Below are positions 19,139 through 25,352 of a DNA stretch of 25,352 nt, piece after piece (the first letter of the stretch is position 1; each line of letters starts with the position of its first letter). The notes beneath the pieces are model-generated. The model searched no databases. It was not told where the DNA came from and worked only from the letters and a program-made list of their open reading frames with translations. Location of the stretch: assembly GCA_964369985.1 (NCBI GenBank), contig CAYJHN010000002.1:9719-35070 (forward strand), read 5' to 3'. Source of the DNA: an uncultured Desulfovibrionaceae bacterium. Its GTDB lineage: Bacteria; Desulfobacterota; Desulfovibrionia; Desulfovibrionales; Desulfovibrionaceae. The translations under genes and the position numbers were made by a program.

Positions 19139-19142
19139 AACA

Positions 19143-19904
19143 ATGAATAAAGAACAAGAAAAGTCATATTTCCATAAAGTTGAAGTTGCTCACCTTGATG
19201 CTCATGGATATATAAAACCTCATGGATATCAACATATTATAAGCAAAGTAATTGACGAACATTTAATTGCTTTTAATATGGACTTTAACGCCTGCATGGA
19301 AAAAAATTTTTCTTGGGTTCTTGTTGCACTGAATGTAGAAATAAAGAAGCATGTTCAAGGCTGTGCTAAGCTAGAGCTAAAGACTTGGTTTTCTGAAAGA
19401 AAAAGAACGTATTTTCGACGTGAAATCCAAGCTATAGATGAAGAAAAGAATATTGTCTTTGTTGCTTCGCTTTATTCTATCTTACTTGATCTAACTACTC
19501 ATAGTATCTATCGTAAAAGTGAACTTCCTTTTGATTTAATGCATGCAACTCCAGAATTTTTACTTGAATCAAGTCCTGTATTTAAAGAAAATATTGACTA
19601 CAAAGAAAATTCAGAACGCATAGTGCACAGAAGCTTTATTGACGCACTTGGGCATGTGAATAACTGCCGCTATGGCGAATTTGCCTTTGACGCACTTCCT
19701 GCTTCTTTTGCTGATCTGTCAAAAACAAAAGCTTTTGATCTGTATTTTTGCTCTGAACTCAAATTAAACGAACATTTTTCAATTACAGAACATATTGAAG
19801 AAAATAATATTCAAAATATTGAAGAGCAAGAGAAGAGAATAGTCTTACATGGCTATAATAATACAAGAAATAAAACTTCTTTTTATGCTGTTTTCAAACA
19901 ATAA
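19143..19904 (+). CDS. Acyl-ACP thioesterase family (double hotdog fold)
   Basis: Length is 253 aa. First hotdog D-xx-G and WVL, second hotdog IDALGHVNNCRY catalytic motif. Starts 4 nt after queA. Confidence 0.85.
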   Translation: MNKEQEKSYFHKVEVAHLDAHGYIKPHGYQHIISKVIDEHLIAFNMDFNACMEKNFSWVLVALNVEIKKHVQGCAKLELKTWFSERKRTYFRREIQAIDEEKNIVFVASLYSILLDLTTHSIYRKSELPFDLMHATPEFLLESSPVFKENIDYKENSERIVHRSFIDALGHVNNCRYGEFAFDALPASFADLSKTKAFDLYFCSELKLNEHFSITEHIEENNIQNIEEQEKRIVLHGYNNTRNKTSFYAVFKQ

Positions 19905-20414
19905 TTATAAAAGAAAAGCTTTATCATATTGAACTTTTTCGTTAAATTTTTTCTCTTCATTATTAAAAGATAGAGCCATAAAGTTTTCATCAGGCACATC
20001 AAAAGGAGCTAATATTCCAAAAAGACTAGCTCTTTTGTAGCCAAAACGCGGATAATACTTTTAGCTTCCTAAAACAACACAAAAAGCATAACCTAATTCT
20101 TCTGCCCTTTTATGCCCTTCTTTTATTAAAGCTGAACCAATACCTTTATTTTGATATTCACTCGCTACCGCTAAAGGTGCAAGAGCAAGCTCCACACTCT
20201 TTCCTAGTGCAATTTTTGTGAAAAGAATATAGCCAACGATAAGATCATCAATGACAGCAACAAGTGAAAGCTCAGGTATAAATGAAGAACTTTCTTGTAA
20301 ACGATGCACTAAGTCTTGCTCGCACCCATCTGAATGCTCTGCTCCTTCAAAAGCATCTTTTATCATAGGATAAATTTTACTATAATCTTCTTGTTTTGCT
20401 TGCCTAATTTGCAT
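19905..20414 (-). pseudogene. GNAT N-acetyltransferase (YhbS-like) interrupted by an in-frame TAA
   Basis: ALAPLAV-xx-YQNKGIGSALI motif. After VVLGS* (TAA at 20061-20063) the same frame continues KYYPRFGYKRASLFGILAPFDVPDENFMAL to TAA at 19905-19907. Confidence 0.9.
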
Positions 20415-20451
20415 ATTGTATCCTTAATCGTTATATAAAAACATTAGTTAT

Positions 20452-20490
20452 AAAAAAACCACATTTCCAAAATTGTCAAATGTGGTTTTT
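20452..20490 (-). terminator. Intrinsic terminator after pnp
   Basis: 13-bp perfect stem AAAAACCACATTT / AAATGTGGTTTTT with an 11-nt loop and a U-tract on the minus strand. Confidence 0.75.
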
Positions 20491-20510
20491 GTTATTTTTA
20501 TAAAAGAGAA

Positions 20511-22814
20511 TTAATCTCTGTTATTGTCTCTATAAGGTCTTCTGTCGTTTCTGTCGCCCCTGTCATTTCTGTCATTTCTGTCATTTCTGTCATTTCTGTC
20601 ATTGCGACCACCGTCTCTACGGCCACCATCTCTGCGGTTTCCGCCATCTCTGCCGCCTTCTCTGCGTGGTGGGCGTGCTGTAGATTCTGGTGTCCACTCG
20701 ATGCCTTGCTCTTCTAAAAGCACAGCTTTGCGTGATGCACGAACTTTATCACCATTGATTTCAATAACTTTTACTTCCATTTCTTGACCAATAGCAACAA
20801 AACCTTCCGTTTTTTCCACACGAGCTGTATCAAGCTGTGAAACGTGTACTAATGCTTCTAAATTAGGTAAAATTTCAACAATAGCACCGATTTCCATTAC
20901 TTTCTTTACTTTTGCTGTATAGTTTTTACCAAGTTCAGCTCTTTGATCGTAATAGCTTACCATTTCTTTTGCTTGAGCTAAAGATTCAGCATTTGGAGCA
21001 AAGATATTGATTTTACCGCTGTCGTCGATATCAACAGAAGCGCCAGTAGCAAGAGTAATAGCTTTAATGTTTTTACCACCAGGTCCAATGATTAAGCGGA
21101 TAACATCAGGATTTACTTCAATAGTTTCAAATTGAGGTGCATTTTCAGAAAGGTTTTCTCTGTATGTTGGAAGAGCTTTTGCCATTTCGCCAAGAATATG
21201 TAAACGAGCTTGTTTAGCTTGATCCATAGCTTTTGACATAATTTCTGATGATAAGCCTGCGATTTTAATATCCATTTGAACTGCAGTTACGCCTTCAGCT
21301 GTACCTGCAATTTTGAAATCCATATCGCCAAGAGCGTCTTCGTCACCTAAGATATCAGTAAGAACAATAAAGTCTTCGCCTTCTTTGATAAGACCCATAG
21401 CAACACCTGCTACAGGAGCTTTAATCGGCACACCTGCGTCCATAAGTGACAAACAACCACCGCAAACAGCAGCCATTGAAGAAGAGCCATTAGATTCTAA
21501 AGTATCGGAAACAATACGGATTGTATAAGGGAAGCTTTCCTTTGCAGGCAAGATTGGCTTCAAAGCTCTTTCAGCTAAGTGACCATGACCAACTTCACGT
21601 CTGCCCACTCTCACAGGCTTTACTTCGCCAACTGAATAAGCAGGGAAGTTATAATGAAGCATGAAAGACTTGAATTGATCGCCATTTAAGCCATCAAAAC
21701 GCATTTCATCGGCTGTTGAGCCTAATGTTGTTGTTACAAGTGACTTTGTTTCGCCACGAGCAAATAAAACAGAACCGTGCACCATTGGTAATACAGAAGT
21801 TTCGATTTCGATTGGGCGCACAGTCTTTGTGTCTCTTGTGTCAATACGTGTGCCTTCTTGCTGAATGCGTGAACGGACAAGTTTTTTGATAAGAGAATCA
21901 ATAACATCACCCACACATTTGCCCACTTCTTCATTTTCTGCCATTTCTGGGTCTGCTGCGATTTTTTCTTTGATAGCTGTTTTTACAGCTTTTAATGCGT
22001 CTTTTCTAGCCATTTTTTCAGTCACACGTAGCGCATCTGCTATGCCAGATTCTAGAGCTATTTTTTCAACATAGGCTAAAATAGCTGGGTCTTTTTCTTG
22101 AGGCACAAAGACAGTTTTTTGCTTACCAACTAAGGCGACTAATTCTTCTTGTAATTTGATAAGCGGTTGAATTTCTTTATGTCCCCATTCCAAAGCTTCA
22201 AGAATAACACTTTCAGGTAAGAATTCGGCTTCGCCTTCTACCATAACAATAGCGTCTTTTGAAGCAGCAAAAACAAAGTCCATTTCACTTTGTTCCAATT
22301 GCTGAACAGTTGGGTTTAGTACAAATTCGCCATTCACTCTGCCAAGTCTTGCACCAGCGATTGGTTCTTCAAAGGGGATATTTGAAATCATAATAGCAGC
22401 AGAAGCAGCAGTGATACAGTGAGTATCAGGCATATTTTTTTGATCTGCTGAAATAACAGAAGCCAAAACTTGAATTTCGTTTCCGTAGCCTTTTGGGAAA
22501 AGCGGACGAATAGGACGGTCAATCAAGCGAGAGTTTAAAGTTTCAGTATCAGAGGGTTTGCCCACTTCACGTCTAAAGAAGTTGCCAGGAATTCTTCCTG
22601 CAGCATACATTTTTTCTGAATATTCAACTGTTAAAGGGAAAAAATCCTTAGGAGTGTCCAAAACAGCTTCACAAACTGTAACTAAGGCTACAGTGCCTTC
22701 GCACTGAATCCACACAGCACCAGCTGCTTGGCGGGCTAAACGCCCTGTTTCTAAAATAACTTCCTTGCCACCAACTGTGCAAGAAACTCTTGTTCCATTA
22801 AGTAAATTTGACAT
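20511..22814 (-). CDS. pnp: Polyribonucleotide nucleotidyltransferase (PNPase)
   Basis: Motifs ETGRLARQA, FFPLTV, SRLIDRPIRPLF, RREVGHG, SNGSSSMA, TDILGDED-LGDMDFK, the KH motif IIGPGGKNIK and an S1 domain. Confidence 0.98.
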   Translation of the reverse strand: MSNLLNGTRVSCTVGGKEVILETGRLARQAAGAVWIQCEGTVALVTVCEAVLDTPKDFFPLTVEYSEKMYAAGRIPGNFFRREVGKPSDTETLNSRLIDRPIRPLFPKGYGNEIQVLASVISADQKNMPDTHCITAASAAIMISNIPFEEPIAGARLGRVNGEFVLNPTVQQLEQSEMDFVFAASKDAIVMVEGEAEFLPESVILEALEWGHKEIQPLIKLQEELVALVGKQKTVFVPQEKDPAILAYVEKIALESGIADALRVTEKMARKDALKAVKTAIKEKIAADPEMAENEEVGKCVGDVIDSLIKKLVRSRIQQEGTRIDTRDTKTVRPIEIETSVLPMVHGSVLFARGETKSLVTTTLGSTADEMRFDGLNGDQFKSFMLHYNFPAYSVGEVKPVRVGRREVGHGHLAERALKPILPAKESFPYTIRIVSDTLESNGSSSMAAVCGGCLSLMDAGVPIKAPVAGVAMGLIKEGEDFIVLTDILGDEDALGDMDFKIAGTAEGVTAVQMDIKIAGLSSEIMSKAMDQAKQARLHILGEMAKALPTYRENLSENAPQFETIEVNPDVIRLIIGPGGKNIKAITLATGASVDIDDSGKINIFAPNAESLAQAKEMVSYYDQRAELGKNYTAKVKKVMEIGAIVEILPNLEALVHVSQLDTARVEKTEGFVAIGQEMEVKVIEINGDKVRASRKAVLLEEQGIEWTPESTARPPRREGGRDGGNRRDGGRRDGGRNDRNDRNDRNDRNDRGDRNDRRPYRDNNRD
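20560..20603 (-). repeat. In-frame 9-bp tandem repeat (about 5 copies, encoding NDR) in the PNPase tail
   Basis: CTGTCATTT repeats at 20560, 20569, 20578, 20587 and 20596 (last copy 8/9), flanked by degenerate copies. Confidence 0.93.
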
Positions 22815-22844
22815 ACTATTCCTTTGCCTATAGGCAATGTTTGC

Positions 22845-22943
22845 GAGCAGTCTTGAAAAGAATGACTCGAGGAGAGTCCAAGAAAAATAACAAGTAATCT
22901 TGCTACTTTAATGAATTCTCCTCTAAAATATCAAGCCCTGCTC
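22845..22943 (-). promoter_or_regulatory. Long hairpin in the pnp 5' leader (candidate RNase III processing / autoregulation element)
   Basis: Three nested stems on the minus strand: GAGCAG..CUUGA/UCAAG.CUGCUC, GAGGAGAAUUCA/UGGACUCUCCUC and AAAGUAGCAAG-AUUA-CUUGUUAUUUU. Confidence 0.65.
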
Positions 22944-22960
22944 TTGTTTTTATTGTGAGT

Positions 22961-22997
22961 AAAAAATTGAGGAAGCGAAAACAAGTTCACTTCCTCA
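22961..22997 (-). terminator. Intrinsic terminator after rpsO
   Basis: Minus strand reads TGAGGAAGTGAA-CTTGTT-TTCGCTTCCTCA-ATTTTTT. Confidence 0.85.
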
Positions 22998-23005
22998 CAA
23001 TATTC

Positions 23006-23275
23006 TTACTTACGCAAGCCAAGTTTAGCGATAAGCGCACGGTAACCTTGAACATCTGTTGATTTAAGATAGTTCAAAAGTTTACGGCGTTGACCAACTA
23101 ATTTTAAAAGACCTGTACGTGAGTGAAAGTCTTTTTTGTGTGTTTTGAAGTGACCTGTCAAGCTTTCAATACGAGCTGTAAGCAAAGCGATTTGCACTTC
23201 TGTTGAACCTGTATCACCTTCGTGTTTACCGTATTGGGTGATAACCTCTTTTTTTTGTAATGTATCCATGACCAC
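23006..23275 (-). CDS. rpsO: 30S ribosomal protein S15
   Basis: Motifs [38 protein letters not shown] and LGLRK. GTG start with an AGGAGG Shine-Dalgarno. Confidence 0.99.
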   Translation of the reverse strand: MVMDTLQKKEVITQYGKHEGDTGSTEVQIALLTARIESLTGHFKTHKKDFHSRTGLLKLVGQRRKLLNYLKSTDVQGYRALIAKLGLRK

Positions 23276-23365
23276 AGCGATTCCTCCTTCATGGGTTAAA
23301 GGGTTAATGCCATAAACCTCTCAATTTATATTTGTTTTGGCACCTTGTGCACAAAAGCTTACAAA

Positions 23366-24295
23366 CTAAGCGGTCCATAGTCCTCTCAATATTGTCCAAA
23401 CAGGCTTTGCTTCCCCTTCTTGATAACGAGCTTCCATGAGTGCAAGTTCATTACTATCAGGGTCAAGAAATAAAGCTTTTTGTCCAAAATCTGCTTCAAA
23501 ATCTACAAGATTTGTATCAAGCAGCCTTTGGTGTGCAATGGCTTTGCCAAATTGAATATCATCGCTTATATCTTCATTGGTAGTAATTATCTTCCAATGA
23601 AGTAAAGCAGCTGATATCGGTTGCACAGCTTTTTTCAATACTTCAGGATCTTTTTCAAGATCGCTGATTTCGCATGCCTTTTCAATACCAAAAGGATGGC
23701 TATAGGTTCGAGTGAGTTTACTCAAGCAAGCACCACAAGATAAACGTGACCCCAAGCTGTGGGCTAGGGAACGTATATAAGTGCCAGATGAGCACTCGAC
23801 CCTAAAACGCAAGTATGGAAACTCCAAAGAAAGAATCTCCGCTTGCGAAATTTTGATTTCTTTAATCTTTACAGGAACTTCTTTTCCTTCTCTTGCGAGC
23901 GAGTAAAGAGCTTTGCCATTGTGCTTTGCAGCCGAATATGGCGGTACAATTTGAGAAGTAGAATGAAGCCAATTTTCAACTTCTTTTTCTATCATCTCTT
24001 TTGTGACATGAGAATAATCGTTATTTTCAAGAACTTTGCCTTCAATATCCCAAGTATCCGTCACAGTGCCAAGTAATAATTCACCTTCATAGACTTTCAA
24101 ACCACCTTCAAGCAAGTAGTTTGAAATCTTTGTGGCCTTACCAAGAAGAACGAGGAGAACGCCCGTCGCCATAGGGTCAAGTGTGCCTGCATGACCAATT
24201 TTCTTCTGTCCAAGCCTTTTCAAAGAAGATATCGCCTTAGCAGAAGTAATGCCTTTTGCCTTATTGATAACTGCTATTCCGTGTAATTGTTCCAT
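23366..24295 (-). CDS. truB: tRNA pseudouridine(55) synthase
   Basis: Motifs KIGHAGTLDPMATGVL, TDTWD-EG, PPYSAAKHNGK-LY-LAR-G and CSSGTYIRSL. Confidence 0.97.
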   Translation of the reverse strand: MEQLHGIAVINKAKGITSAKAISSLKRLGQKKIGHAGTLDPMATGVLLVLLGKATKISNYLLEGGLKVYEGELLLGTVTDTWDIEGKVLENNDYSHVTKEMIEKEVENWLHSTSQIVPPYSAAKHNGKALYSLAREGKEVPVKIKEIKISQAEILSLEFPYLRFRVECSSGTYIRSLAHSLGSRLSCGACLSKLTRTYSHPFGIEKACEISDLEKDPEVLKKAVQPISAALLHWKIITTNEDISDDIQFGKAIAHQRLLDTNLVDFEADFGQKALFLDPDSNELALMEARYQEGEAKPVWTILRGLWTA

Positions 24296-24570
24296 TATTT
24301 ATAACAAACCTAAAGCTTATACAACTTTACTGTATAGAGCAATTTTTAGTACGCACAATAAATAAGTAAAAAAATTAGTCCGCATAAATAACTTTGTTTG
24401 TACAAAGCATTGTGCACAAAATGCGAAAACAAGTAAAAGTCTCACTTAGCTAGATTGTGATATACTATTTTCAGCAAAAGGTCTAGCATTTTTTTATGGT
24501 AAAAATGTTTTTTTTACAGCTCTAAAAGGTAAAATTGAAGACAAATATAGTCTTAATAAATTACATATTT

Positions 24571-24804
24571 TTAAGCATGTATTCTTTTTTGGACATAGAT
24601 TTCAAGATCTTTAACTTTTTGCAAATTTGGCAAATCAGAACTTTTTATTTCAATGCCATATTCAACTTCAATAACATGAACTAATTCAGTAATATCAAAT
24701 GAATCTGCGCCAAGATCATCAACAAGCAATGCTTCTGGCTTTATCTCTTTTTCTTGTAAGTGAAGCTGATTATTAATTAATCTATAAAATTTATTCTTAT
24801 CCAT
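24571..24804 (-). CDS. Second, divergent acyl carrier protein
   Basis: DDLGADSFD phosphopantetheine attachment motif (Ser35), 77 aa, AGGAAGG Shine-Dalgarno upstream. Confidence 0.85.
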   Translation of the reverse strand: MDKNKFYRLINNQLHLQEKEIKPEALLVDDLGADSFDITELVHVIEVEYGIEIKSSDLPNLQKVKDLEIYVQKRIHA

Positions 24805-25113
24805 AATTATAGCCTTCCTTAGTATGGTCTAACACAGAAAAAACAACAAAACACATAGTACTAATTAAGCAATAAAACTCTTTCATATATAATAAGAGTT
24901 AGATTTAAAAAAGCAAGCATTATTATTTTTTTTAATATCTATAAATTCAAGATCTTGGGAAAAAGATTAAAAAAAGTCGAAAATCATTATAAAGTGAATA
25001 AAAAAACTAGCGAAAAATGAGAAGAAAACAAAGAAAAGCTTTATCAAGTTAATGAAGAGTTCAGGCTTTGGTGAGCGAGCTTTTGCAAAAAGCCGCCAAA
25101 ACAAAAGTTTAAT

Positions 25114-25150
25114 AAAAAAAATCCTTGTTAAAAAAATTAACAAGGATTTT
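25114..25150 (-). terminator. Intrinsic terminator after acpP
   Basis: 14-bp perfect stem AAAATCCTTGTTAA (25118-25131) / TTAACAAGGATTTT (25137-25150), with a U-tract on the minus strand. Confidence 0.8.
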
Positions 25151-25173
25151 CAGTTTTGACTAACGCAAATTAA

Positions 25174-25352
25174 TTATGCTTTGCTAGAAACATAGTTGAT
25201 AGCGTCTTTAACTTTTAAGATTTTTTGAGCGTCTTCATCAGCGATTTCTACGCCAAATTCTTCTTCCATAGCCATGATGAGCTCTGTTAAGTCTAATGAA
25301 TCTGCACCAAGATCTTCAACAAAAGAAGCTTCGAGTGTGATTTCTTCATCAG
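25174..25352 (-). CDS. acpP: Acyl carrier protein AcpP, C-terminal part (5' end outside the window; absent from the ORF track)
   Basis: Manual translation: [58 protein letters not shown]. Confidence 0.97.
   Translation of the reverse strand, partial: DEEITLEASFVEDLGADSLDLTELIMAMEEEFGVEIADEDAQKILKVKDAINYVSSKA

Noticed and set aside
20061..20063. Stop-codon reassignment, selenocysteine or pyrrolysine readthrough in the GNAT gene
   Set aside because: The codon is TAA, not TGA or TAG, and TAA terminates many intact genes in the window.
20602..20787. Pro/Ser/Leu/Arg repeat ORF on the plus strand
   Set aside because: It is the antisense reading of the repetitive PNPase tail.

Overview
AT-rich bacterial chromosomal segment made up almost entirely of housekeeping genes. 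Protein sequence style (RNase E 'MFVSV-EQVEVAL', HypD/HypE, S15 'MVMD', PNPase) suggests a low-GC Desulfovibrionaceae/deltaproteobacterium; this is my inference. Gene order: rho (3' part) > < DUF368 | ppk1 > HD-domain > ppx > hypD > hypE > < 60-aa membrane protein < GT9 glycosyltransferase | ribF > hisB > lipoprotein > [palindromic element] < pgeF < 5-FTHF cyclo-ligase | rne > queA (frameshifted) > acyl-ACP thioesterase > < GNAT (premature stop) < pnp < rpsO < truB < second ACP < acpP (3' part). I found no rRNA, tRNA, CRISPR, transposase or phage genes, and I cannot show an entirely new system. The best leads are: an RNase E with a ~570-aa N-terminal basic and Q/N-rich extension near a PNPase with a repeat-expanded R/D tail; a long double-stranded pnp leader; a candidate rpsO leader pseudoknot; a stand-alone HD protein inside the polyphosphate operon; a divergent second ACP; a ~125-bp palindromic intergenic element; two disrupted genes; and a small membrane protein with a possible Rex operator.
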